From: Phallusia mammillata
Taxonomy: Eukaryota
Assembly (NCBI GenBank): GCA_965637545.1
Contig: OZ281494.1
Span: 10,478,001-10,542,000, forward strand
Direction of reading: 5' to 3'
DNA length: 64,000 nucleotides
Below, in pieces: positions 48,409 through 61,100 of this stretch. The position numbers were made by a program, and so were the translations under genes. Every line of letters begins with the position of its first letter. The first letter of the stretch is position 1. The notes under the pieces were generated by a model. It was not told the origin of the DNA and did not search any database. It saw nothing but the letters and a program-made list of their open reading frames with translations.

Positions 48409-51400
48409 TTACTCATATAATGGAGGTTGGTCGTCATGTTTTATGTGGTTGGTGTCAAACGCCTCCTGGCGCTTGCCTTGTACAGCACCAGTCGGGTAGC
48501 TGTGTGGCGCCACCGTGTGACTGGTTGTTGATGGTGGCAAGGCCGCCTGGTGAGGCTGCTGCTGTGGCGCAGCATGTACGTAAACACTTTGCGGGCGAGA
48601 GGAGCTGTAGGCACCTGCAAAAATTCAATTCCTTTTCGGTGTCGAGTGCAATACTTGTTTTCGTCACGTGTATATATAAACATATACAGACAAGCAGTAC
48701 AAATTTTTCTTTCTATTCCATTAACAAACACGTGAATATATGAGGAATTCCTACGCAAACGAGTGAAAGAGTAGAAAACAAGCAAAATGAGAATTAGGTA
48801 TAAAAACGTGTTCACTCGGACCCTTGAGTTACTGTTAAGGCACAACCGCAGAAAGATACATAAATTTGATAACATTCTGTTGGTATCTAACCTTGCACAA
48901 CATAAGGTACAGTTTCAACAACTGTCTGTGGCGATCTTTGTCCAAACGTTTGGTTGGTCCTCACATACATCACATTGCCCTCTGACAAAGGCTGCAAAGT
49001 AAAATGGTTTTGATTAAAATGAACATTTATCGTTTGCGTGACCCAATTGTTTGTAAACATATACGATACGTTACTAAAAGTCTCAAGGTTTTTCCTCAGG
49101 GTTCAGGGTTTAAACCAGGGGCGGGCAACTTCTCCAGTCGGCGGGCCTGATATGGAAAAATGAAGTACCTGGCGGGCCGGATTCCTGAATCGATACATTA
49201 ATCGCATATTTATCCAGTGATTTAAAACGGATTTTTGACCACCTAAACCAAATACATTCAAGAACATCACAAATACAATACAGTCCAAACAATCTAACTG
49301 ATATAACATAAAACTATTCACCACAGTAAATTTAATTCTATACACCACAGACTAAGACACTGCTGAAACACTAACTAGGCTACACGTTTGGAAACAAAGG
49401 AAACCGTGAAAGCAGGCCACACACATGGTTGGCAGTTATGTCGTAACAATGGACGTATGGTGCAATGGTAACAACGGCGGGAAAGTGTTTTTGTTATTGG
49501 GGAGCATGACTGTCCGTTACAACCATAATTTGACGCAGTAAGCAAGTAGCGGGGGATTGCGGCAGACTGTGGCCGCGGACCACATTATCATGTAAGACCT
49601 GAAACTGTCTGCGGGCCGCTCAAAATCCCGTCGCGGGCCGGATCCGGCCCGCGGGCCGTATGTTGCCCGCCCCTGGTTTAAACGAACAATCAGTAGCACG
49701 TTAGACTGGACAGTTATTTTTTTTAATATTTAACGTCTGTCAAAACACTTTTAACCAATAAGCTCCACTACCTGATTTTGGTCGCAGCAGCTTCCACAAC
49801 AGTTTGACGATCCCATATTAATCGGAGAAGCACAACAACACAGAGCAGCACTAGCAATGCACAGAACCAAACTGACGAAACTGAGCATTGCAATAGTAAC
49901 CTCGATTCCCACTCCAAAGCTGTAAGTCTGCATATATTTGTTTACGTTTTTATTAAAATCCTGTGTGATCTAACACGGGATAGCACCCTGGCAAAGATGG
50001 ATAATTGTGATTTTATGCAGTCTTAAGCTAAAACATGTAGCATGCAGTCATGGTTATGAGTCTTATCTGATCAACACTTCTCGATCTTACTTGATATACA
50101 AATGCCATTGGTATCGCTGTTGCAAACATGGCAGCAGAGAAGATGGCTGCAACGATCGAAAAGCCCAAATGACATTTGACCTGGAAGAAAATAATCGTTG
50201 CATGTTGCTCTATAAGTCTATAGTATAGAGCAGGGGTGGGCAAACTACGGCCCGCGGGCCGCATGCGGCCCGGCAAAGGAGTTCATGCGGCCCGCCAAGT
50301 GTTAGTAAATTTTAAAGAGAAAGTTACCGAGCAACGCTGAATAGTATTATAAGCACAGGCGTAGAGTTTTTAAAAATAATAAAAAGTACCGAGGGTGCGA
50401 CTTGCCGATACCTATACCATGTGCTGTATCTGTACCCGTACCAGCATATGAACTAAACATAGATACTTTTTATGTGCCTTTGCCTGTTGTTTCTGCCACG
50501 TTATTATGCAAATCGTCACTTGACACAATTTCTTCGTTCGATAAAAGTAAAAGCTATTCACGTTTTCAAATACAGCCCACTTTGCACTGTTGACGCCAAA
50601 ACTTTGGTCACGTTGGATCAAGTTTAGGTCGTTGCAGTACATTGCAAACGGACATTAAACACGGGTTTAGAATCATTAACACAGACCCGCACAACACCTA
50701 AGGATGGATACTACAAGCAGCTCGCCTTGTTTAATGTTGGCGCAAGGAATTTATTAACAAAAAAACGTGCTTAAAAGGCTTGTTTATTTTGAAACAATTA
50801 CAATTGTAGCGTTTTAACCAATTTTTGCCTAGTCAAGTGACAACAAACGTATTTGCACATAGCTGAAAATATTTTTGGGCTAGATCAGGCGTGCACAACA
50901 TGCGGCCGCGGAGACGAGTTTGTGTGGCCCGTTTTAAAATACATGCATTGGGCCGAGACGTAACTAAAACTATTTTGCCAAATATTTTGATTTTTAAACT
51001 GCTAAAAACAGATTTCGTGAGACTGGAAAAAAGATTACCAGCTTAGTAACTATATGCGTCAGGCTTTTTATCCGCTTATTGTGTGCAAACAATGAGAAAA
51101 AACAGGCCCCGCAATCGTCACAATACAGATTATGACGTCATAAACAGTTAGCTTCGTTTAGCTAAACTTGTGCACCAAGTTAAATGGTATATATATATAT
51201 GATATAAACCAAATTCTTTACACCAGTTATTTTAAAACAAAAACAAGCAAACAATGGCGGCCGTTGGTTAAATACTATGCGGCCCGATAACATTAAGAAC
51301 TTTCGAATGCGGCCCGTGCATTGAAAAGTTTGCCCACCCCTGGTATAGAGTCTATACAAAAAGGTGTGGATTCATCACAAATTAAGTGGTATAAGTTGTT

Positions 51401-53165
51401 GCCAAATACAATCACTGTGTATACCAATCGGTAATATGTTGGATAGTCAGAAATACAGTATTTGTCATTAGAAAGTTTGTTTACATACCAAGCACGAAGT
51501 AACGGTTTTCTTTCCACAAGCAATTCCCAAAGATCCACCAATAATAACCTGAAAATCGTATTTGGTAATACCAATGTATGTTAGTAAATATAGTGAAAAC
51601 GGATTAGGCACATATTAGTTCGTTGATCGTAAAATTTTACAAACTTCAAATTCAACGGCTTAAAGTCCTAAATGAATTACCCAAACTCCTCCCCAAAGAC
51701 CTTCACCGACGTTAAAATGGTAACTCAAGTATGTAGTGTAATAGGGACAAGGAAAGTAGTTGGATTTATATGGAAGTATACTTCCATAGTCGTAGTGATT
51801 GTATGAATGACTTCCATAGTCGTAGGGTTGGTATGAACTACTTCCGTAGTGGCAGGGATCGTGTGTAATATCTTCCAGGTTGTTGATATGAGCGACTGCG
51901 GCAGTCCCAAGCACAGAGCAGATCAGGCCAAGAACAGTTTCAGTTGCCTGCAGAAAAAGGAATAATTTAGTCGCTGGAATACAAGTACTTTGAACAAAGC
52001 ATTACTTAAACATAGTGTGTGCTGCTTTAAGCGTACATCCCACGACGAAGGGGGAGGGCAGTATATTATATTTTATGAGAGAAATCTAAGTCTTGCTAAA
52101 AACTTTTAATACAACTGTTTTTTGATTCTTGTTAAAACGTATTAAAGTTGAGGCTTCTGTAGTTGGAAGAAAGTTTACTTTTTTTAAATGCACCACTTGG
52201 TGACCTAAAGACTTTGGGTGATTAAATAGGGCGTGGTCAAAAACTAACCACCTAACCACCCACATAGTCAATTCACAAGTAAATGGACCCACTGAGAAGC
52301 TATGTAATTTAAAAAAAGAGTGTGTTGTCGAAACAGAGTGCAAAGAATTTTGGCTACTGATGGTCTGTGGCACAATAGGTTAATATTAAGTTTATGTAAT
52401 GATATTAGCCAGGTCAGCAACTACTGCTATAACAGTGACATGTAGACATATGTATACATGTCGACTATGCGTCATAGGTTGTATTTTTAGCTTTGGCAAC
52501 TCTGTCACACTCATTGTCCGACTGAGTGATACAGAAGTTCGAATCTGACAGAACTTAATGTCTCATTTTCTATGTTCTAAACTGATACAGGTGTTCATGA
52601 CACTCCAAAACAACTTTTACGTGGCAAAATTTGAGTAAAACACCCAATTTTGAAGACAACGTGGCTTGTCTTTTCTAGATTCAAAATATTTAATTTATTA
52701 TGTTTCAGATTGAAAGTTTGGATATTAATTCCATACACTCAAAAAATTCGGTTTCGGTCTTATTTTTCAAAACCAGAAAAACGACAAAACGACAATTTTG
52801 GTCAAAATGTATATGCCAGCTGAAACTTTGGTACATCACTAGTTTGAATGAGAAGCTTGTTGAATGTGCTACTGTGATTTGGAGGTGTAGGAAAGGTGAG
52901 AACTGTCGCTAAAACTGTCGCTTTTTCTATTCTGTATGCTGGTCAAAGAAGATTTAAACCTGAATCGTAATAAAACAAATAAAACACTCAATAACAATAT
53001 CTTTCAATAGCTACACAAAATTGGCATCGAGCAACTATTTACCCCGAGTGCTCGTAAGATCTTCTTGTTTCGGCGCATTCTGACATCGCCGTTAGCATCG
53101 CTGCTTGGCATTTCAACTACAACGCCTTGGCTATCACTCTGCTGATGGACTTGCTGAGTTTGCAT
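48409..53165 (-). CDS. MS4A/CD20-like four-transmembrane protein M3 (7 exons, ~333 aa)
   Basis: Exons 53165-53043, 51947-51681, 51548-51489, 50180-50091, 49927-49772, 48991-48892, 48614-48409. Frame open, ends PPLYE. Two hAT MITEs lie in introns. Confidence 0.88.
49116..49675. mobile_element. Non-autonomous hAT element (M3 intron 5)
   Basis: TIR CAGGGGCGGGCAAC / GTTGCCCGCCCCTG; perfect 8-bp TSD gtttaaac; gcgggcc sub-terminal repeats. Confidence 0.92.
50231..51342. mobile_element. Non-autonomous hAT element (M3 intron 3)
   Basis: TIR CAGGGGTGGGCAAAC / GTTTGCCCACCCCTG; perfect TSD gtatagag. No transposase ORF seen. Confidence 0.92.
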
Positions 53166-56100
53166 CTCGTCGTAATACAATGCAACTGAGCAAATTTCAG
53201 TTTTCTACAAACTGCGTAGAAAGTTCGGGCAATGTGGAAAAGTTTTTAATTAAATAATGAATTTGTGTCACAAAGAGTTTTAAAATTTTGAATGAAAGAG
53301 TAAAAATGTTTAGACTTGAAATGATTAAAATTTATTTTTATTACATAAAGACCTTTGCCGGTAAAAAATATGTAAGTCAAGAATATCGCAAGAAAAGTTT
53401 TGGTTTTGCCTAATATTTGCCAGTCTAAACTTAAACTTAACACTTAAATACAATTGTTACCCAATCCTTACGCAAGTTGTTATTGGTATTCAATTGTGCT
53501 GTTGCATAAAAATCCATTGAATGTTTAAATGAAATTTATTAATTATATCTACAGTAAAATCCTACAAGACCACCAACACATTTTTTTTCAAATTTCGTTG
53601 CGTCCAAACGAAAAATTTTCATACGAAACGAAATGACGTTTTTAAAAACAAAAGTCAAGCAAAATGAAAAAAACTTCTTGCATTTACATAAGCTAACCGT
53701 GTCTCTAATGAACACACTTTATTTCAACCAAAGATAATATTCCTTTTTTGATAACGAACAACGCACAATTAAACAAATAAAACAGAACTAAACCTCAGTT
53801 AAAACAGTAAACATTACCGGTCGAATTTTACTTTAAAACGGTAATAAAACATGTTTAACTTACACCGAGTCGTAAAAGTAACGATCTACCTAAGCTCGCA
53901 AAATTGATTATAACATGAAGCTTCAACCAAAACACTAAACCACAAATGGAATTCAAATTTCAGTAAATGTACCTACACCATTGGCATCATAGGCCGGAAC
54001 TGACGTATATTGGTTGTACAGCTTTGATTGTCGATATATTTCAGCGTATCTCTCACATATGAGTGTTGTATGTAAAACATGTTGCAAAGTATCCAAAATT
54101 TGAACACACAGTTGTAGCAGGCAAAATAACACATTTAACGACTAAAACAGGTAGCCAAACGCAAATAGCACAATTTACAAATTTCGTAAAAACTGATGCA
54201 CCGAATCAACCGAAACCGAAGTTGGCGAATATATTCGGTCGAATCAACCGAATAATTTATGACGTCACGCGAAACCGTACGCTACCAGACAAAACAGAAT
54301 ACTTTTACTATGTAAGTTTTAAGGTTTCTTCGGCCATGCTTGCCAACCTACCAATGAATTACTGATTTTTTGTCTGGAGTGGGAAAAACGATAATGTTTC
54401 AAAAATCACGATGGAAGGCGCAATTTTGGTTATGGCGTAGCTTGAAAGATTGTATGGTACCTTATTAGGCAAAAAAGAAACGTTTCACGCTTTGAATTTG
54501 TGTTTTTAAACCAAGCAAAAACGTGGAATTCTCCCCCTAGAATCGAATTGTTGCGAAAAGCTTGGAACGATAGCAAATAGATGAGTGACCATCTTTTTTT
54601 AAAGAAAATAAAACTTTTAATTAGTTGACATACCTCAGACCCCATGCAAGAACGGTCCACAAATACCCTAAGCAATCCTCGTTGCAGCTAATTTCAATGC
54701 TTTGGTGCTGCAAGGTTACCTGAAAAAAGGAGAACATTAGACGAAAACATCTGCATGTCTTAAAGAGAACTGACAAGCGGAGTGAATATTTGTGCTTTTC
54801 TTGTGTAACGGTACGAGCTCATAAAATTATGTTTACAATAACATGACTATAAACGTACCATAGACATTGCCGTTGCTCATTTTTTTCGACTTAATGGTAG
54901 TCGCAAGTGGAAGATGGTTGTACAAATAAATCTAACCTCAGTTGTAAGGGGATCGAAAATTGGGACACATACACTTCTCAAACTCGATTTTTTTTAAACA
55001 AACGACAATTTAGGTCCGAAAGATGGTAAATTACGGCAGGAATAAGGCCGAGTTTGAAGTCAGGCCCGAATCAAGTCCGCTCTATTCAATCCCGAACCAA
55101 AACAGATCGGCCGAAAAAATTGAGTCTAACAGCATTTTAACCGGTAAGCCGGGGCTGTGTTACGAATAAGTTTCGTAAATAAACGCATTGCCTCGGTTGA
55201 TCACATGACAATAGGATTTTTGTGGGCGCCTGTTTCAGATGCCACACTTTAGAAAATGTTTACTTTAATTTATCCTGCAAGTCCTACAGCACAAAACCGT
55301 CTCGATTAGCATTTGTAAGGGTTTCGGAAGCATGTGGGTGGATGGTTTCGGGTGCCTTTTACCTTTAAAGTATGCCTGGGTCGTGCAGGAATCTTTAATG
55401 GGTTTCGTTCGCTTAAGCCATCACGTGTTAATAAACCAGCATTCCATTCCGTTGAAGCTTTGACAGGCAACAAAACTGAGTTTATTGTTTTGTTCTGTTT
55501 TCCTTGTACACAACCTTTCAAAAAAAGAAACGTATTTAAAACTGATATTTTTTCGGTTCTTTAGGATGTCCAGGGCTAGGTGCAATGAAACCAACAACGA
55601 GAACAAATTCGTATTTTAGTATTTTTAAATGCGCACTACTTCAGCAAATTATTTTTTTCTGTTTCTTTTCTACACTATCTTTCACAAAAGAAGCAGATTT
55701 GCACGACAAACAGTTTTGACACAGAATAGTATTTAAACTACGCTAACATTTTATTTGCAAAAGTTAACTCTAATTACCACCGTTTTTTGTCGCGCAAATA
55801 ACATAAAGCAATTGGCGACGCTTAGGAGGGTTAATTTCCCAAACGTGTGATTTCGTGTGCATTGGACCATGTCAAAACACCAGGGCCAGCCATAGAGCTT
55901 TGTCGCATGGCACGTCCACAGCGCGAGCAATCGAATTCCTGCTTCGTACTGTTTGAAACCTAACTAAAATATTGCATTTCAAAAAACAACACTTACATCG
56001 TAAAATTCTGTCTAAATCACATTATGTGCTGTACAATCTAACTTGCATTTTGCAAAGTATTTTCTTACGCAATACAGGTCAGTTAAGATAATGCGGTTGC

Positions 56101-56691
56101 AATGCAGAAAATACCTATTGTTTGGTAAAAAAACACAGTTAAACTAGATGAGGACAAAACGCACAATATAGCATGATAGAACTGGGCATGTAATCTTCGG
56201 TTTTGTTATCCAACTTTATCTACAACGAAGAAATAATAACTGTCGCTTGTTACTGCCCAGAGACAGTTAAACTAAGGTAATTTGAAACCAAACGAAAAAA
56301 ACAATTTAAATGGTTTATTTCTACAAAATACGTCTAAAACAAACGTTTGTTCTTTAAAGTTGTACAAAAAGGCAAACATTTGATAATAATCTTTGGGATA
56401 ACAAATTCTTCGCTCATTTGACGGAATGCGAAACTAATAGGTTTCGTGCCCTGCAGTTTCGCTCTCAACTATGTGCCGGACTTGATTCAGGTGATGAAGT
56501 CGCAGTTTTAGTGACCTGGCATTTTAAGTTTTTCTATTCATTTATTCGGGAATTGGTACTTTACGGGTGTCCAAGCCTTTAACAATTCAATGCGAAACGT
56601 CTTGGTTTGTTTAATCAAGCAAAACAAGAAGGTAGTTACAAAAAATACAAACAACTAGGCGCAATATGCATGGGAAAGTGAAGGCTTAGAC

Positions 56692-57409
56692 CAGGGGTTC
56701 TTAACCTTTTTCTTTCATTACCCACTTCCGCTACTTAATAAACCTATATTCCCCACATACTTTTAAAACTGACTGAAAAATCAAAATGAATCCTAGTGAC
56801 CTGTGTGACATATCCCAAAGCACAAATAGAGAATCTTTCTAGAAATCTAGATAACTCCTAGAAATGTAGAATCTACCAGATAACTGCTAAAAGTTATTTA
56901 CCATAACGTTGCTAGCTTATATCGAGTACAAGTAACCTAATCCTCACCTAAATCTAACTTCAATTTAACCATAATTAACTAAAATCAGCTTTCAGAAATC
57001 AGAAACTAAACTCCTCGCACCTCGTGGCCAATCGTTGAGCGGTGACAGGTGTCTGTGACGTAACAATGCAACGAGGATTGCGCCATCAGTAGAAATCGAG
57101 GCAAATCGTTACAAATTGTAAAACAGTGCACTAGGACTCGGTGTTTGTTAAAAAAAATTACTTTTGTGACTAACTAATCAGATTTACTTCCTTGGATATT
57201 CGAGTAAAACTTAAAACAATTTCCCACTTCCAGACCAGAAAGAATTTCCCACTGCATGGATATTCAGTAATTTCCCACTGGTGGGAAATTTCCCAGCGGT
57301 TAAGAACCAGTGGAGTACACATGGAACAACAAACCCAACTTCAAATTACCCACTTGAAATCCTCAAATTCCCCACTAGTGGGTAATTACCCACCGGTTAA
57401 GAACCACTG
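56692..57409. mobile_element. Non-autonomous hAT element
   Basis: TIR CAGGGGTTCTTAACC / GGTTAAGAACCACTG; perfect TSD gcttagac; an extra internal TIR-like copy near 57299. Confidence 0.92.
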
Positions 57410-58160
57410 GCTTAGACAAACAAACAACTCAACACACGTAAATTCAAGTGCAAGTAACTTTGTTGCGATAGTGTTCCTAATGCCCTAAATCAGTGATACT
57501 ATACTAACATCACCTCGGTGTTCTCAATTTCAACAAGATACTTCATTTGAATTTAGCAATCTGAATTTTCGCGACTGGTTATATATTTATTATCGTGCTT
57601 GGTAGTTATTGTCGCTTTAAATCCAGTATTAAAGTTAAAAACGTTGCCGGTCCCTGCCCTGAGGGTTTTAAATTACTCCTTGTGGACAAAGTTGAAAACC
57701 TCTGAAAATGACATCATCTTCCCATTATGTCATTACCTGCAAGTCGGAAACCAGGAAAAACATAAGGTTACCTAATTTGGAAATAAGTTTTACAAATTCC
57801 AAATGGTTTCTGTTTTCGCACTCTGTTTTGTACGATTTTCGGTACGTGACTTGCAACAGCGTGGGTGTGTGAAACTTCGGAAACGGGTTTCGGTGATGTT
57901 GGGCATAAAATGGTGGAGCACCAAACGAAATTCGGCAGAACGGACTCAGGGGTAAAAATGTTCAAAGATGTTAAGGGTGGTGTCGAAGTGCAAATAATTT
58001 TTTTGAATAAAATAACAGGATAGATCAAGGGTAAATTGCAATGAGCGAGCTATAAATCACACGTAAAACTAGTGAACGTTTATTTCCAAAACCCTAAACT
58101 TTTTACGTTATTTTGCCAGAATTTGATTTCTGGATTGTTTTAATTGTCGAAAAGCTAAAG

Positions 58161-61100
58161 ATGCTGATCCGAGACTTCTTAATGTTTGTGACAATTTTTG
58201 TGGGATTGTCGTCGGGTCAAAGTAAGTATGTGTGTAAATACGGCTCTAATAAGTTGATTATTTTCGAAATTAAGTCAAAAGAATGCTACGACAGATTGCC
58301 TTTATTTATTTTCAACAAATTTTGCTGTTAGCGAACTGGTAATGCTAGCGGTGGAAAAACGTTTTGCAGGGTTCGAACCCAACATGCTCCGGGGTACGAA
58401 TCCCTAACAGGTTTTTATCATGTAATGAATCAAGTGTTATACAGTGTTTCCCGTAGTGTAGGTGGCAACCTAATATATAGGACGCCTACAAATTCTTTCG
58501 GATCGGCTGCAACAAAAACATCTAGTTTATAATCTTGTTCCGTATTTTTCGTTCCTTGCTTTTTTATGACCGACTTTTTCCAAACTGGCTATGAAGAATA
58601 CTAAGGTTTTGAAAAGCTTTCCCGATTTACAAGTAAAAAATCAACTAAAATATCCATGGAATTTAGAAATATTTTAGTCGCGTCAAAAAAGGTTTGGGAA
58701 CCACTGCTGTAGACTATTCTATCGACTGTGTCCTAATGAACTACTAAAAGTTAATTGTTGATTTTTAATAAATCTGTTACACGACAAACGTAAACAGATT
58801 TACGTTGGTTTCATGGCCAAGATTAGCATTCGCAGAGTGCAAAACAAAATCTACGTTAAAGACTTACAGTGTGTAAGTCTTACACCATCTTTGTCTTGTC
58901 TCTCAGTTAACCAACTGTTTTACCAAAAACATTGTTACCAGCAAAATTTTTGCAGGCTGCCAATCTTCTACTTTTCGCTTTCCCAACGCGCAGCAAATCA
59001 GTGATTACGTGGTGTACAATGGAAATGTGCCCGAACTAAACGAAATCACGGTTTGCGGAGCAGTGGAAGCAACCCTGCTTGGAACTGAGGGTTATATGGC
59101 GATATTAAGCTATGCCGTGCAAGGAGACAGCAACGAACTACTTTTGATAATAACAGCCGACAACTTTCGTGTTTGGATCAGGGGTGATGCTTACAACTTC
59201 GGCGCACCGTTTAACCTTAAAGCGAGAAAGGTAAGTATACACGCTTTAAAAATAATCTAAATATTTTCTAATCAAGGTTTATTGAAGTTTTGCCTTTAAT
59301 TTGATTAAAACGGGCAGGATTCAGACCTTACTTTACACAAGATGTTTCAATATCGGGTGTGGGCAAGATTAGGACTTAACAAAACACGCTATAAATGCAA
59401 AAAAATATTTATGTTGCTCTAAACACAATTATACTAGGCCGCTTTATTTTGGTAAAAATATACTTAGCTTGTTTCAGTTTTTGCGTTTTGTGTAACATGT
59501 TTCAGAGTGCAAGTCCCAATAAATCAACATATAGGTGAAGAGCTTCGTGATTTCGGTTATGTTTAAAAAGAAAGCAAATAAGGGAACAGCGGAGAAACAC
59601 AGGCAAAACTATTAACTTCTCACAAAACTTCCTGCAGTTTCATTTCTGTGTAACGATATCAACTGTGACGCAACAAGCTGGAGTTTATCTTGATGGACAA
59701 TTGACACTTCATAACTCGTACACCGCTGGTCCACTGAGACCAGACGGAATTCTGCTGGTGGGTCAAGATCGAGACAACAACGACATTAATGGATTTCCGC
59801 AATTTGACTCCTCTCAGGCATTAAGGTATACATTTTTGGTAGTTGATCACTGAATGCTTTAGCACTGTTTTGATTTTGAACTTGGAAATGGATTTTTAAG
59901 TTAAACCAATTCAATCAGTTTCCGCACTTTTTAAACGCAAATTTAATGCGAGTTAAAGGTCTTGTTGTTTCAATTAAAAAAAATGAAACAGTTTATTTTT
60001 TATTTTAACGAAAAAATTGAAATAAAAGGCTTAATTTTCCCCTCTATCCGATGTCTGCAACTATATTGAAAATGGCATAATTTCCAAAAATGTAATACAT
60101 ATTGTGGTGAGAAAGCCCATCAATATCTTTTGCTTTTCAGTGGCACTATTTCAAACCTTTATATCTGGTCACGCGTCCTCGATGCCTCGGAAATTCAGGA
60201 CATGGCGCAAAAATGTTCCTGCCCGAGCGATCACGTGATCAATTTCCAAGCCGCCAGTGTTCACATACATGGTGACGTCGCAGAATCTGGCGACACATGT
60301 TCCATATTTTTCAGTAAGTTGGATTGAGTTTTGTTTCTTTTAAAACATTACAACGGAATTTAAAAATACAGGCGTTCAAATAAGCTAAAGTTATACCTTA
60401 AAATATTTTTGTCGTTCCTATGAAACGTTGTTTAACACGTTTTGGAATAATAAGTCATCCCAATTTATAACTTGTTTCCATAAAATGCAGCCGATTGCCA
60501 ACCTACTACATTTCACTTTCCCTCTGCCGACCAAGTTACCGACTACGTTCGGTACATGGGCGATTTCCCTGGAATGGACGCAGTGACTGCTTGTGCTTTT
60601 CTCAATTCAAATGATACCCTGGGCCACTTCGTATTCAGTTACGCAGCTGGCGGCGAAGACAATGAATTGAGTTTAGCATTCAAATCAACAACTGGTACGG
60701 TTCGGATTTGGCATCAAGGAACTTCAACCGATTTCACTGCCGTACCAAATGTGCAGGTGTGTAAGTTCTGTATTTGGATTAATTCTTGCAGAGTTTGAGA
60801 AAGAGAACAATACTTTTTAATAACGTCCCCTTTTTCAATTATTGAGATTCTACTCATTATAAAAACGTATTATGTCAATAACGATGCAACAGATGTCGTT
60901 AAATGTTTTTAAACTTTGTTGTTACAAAATTAAACTACCAGAAAACGAGAGAGCAGAGCCTAGAAATAAATTATATTTGTCGAACTAATTTTGTTTAATT
61001 TTTTTAACAGGCTCATTTATGTTTTACACTGTCTATTCTTGCTTCTGAAATTGTGCTTTATGTGGACGGGTTTCGCTTTGAGTCACAAGTTATCACCGAC

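Noticed and set aside
58370-58710. Complete hAT MITE in pentraxin intron 1
   Set aside because: TIR-like ends (cagtgtttccc, gggaaccactg) are visible but I found no matching TSD; boundaries unsupported.
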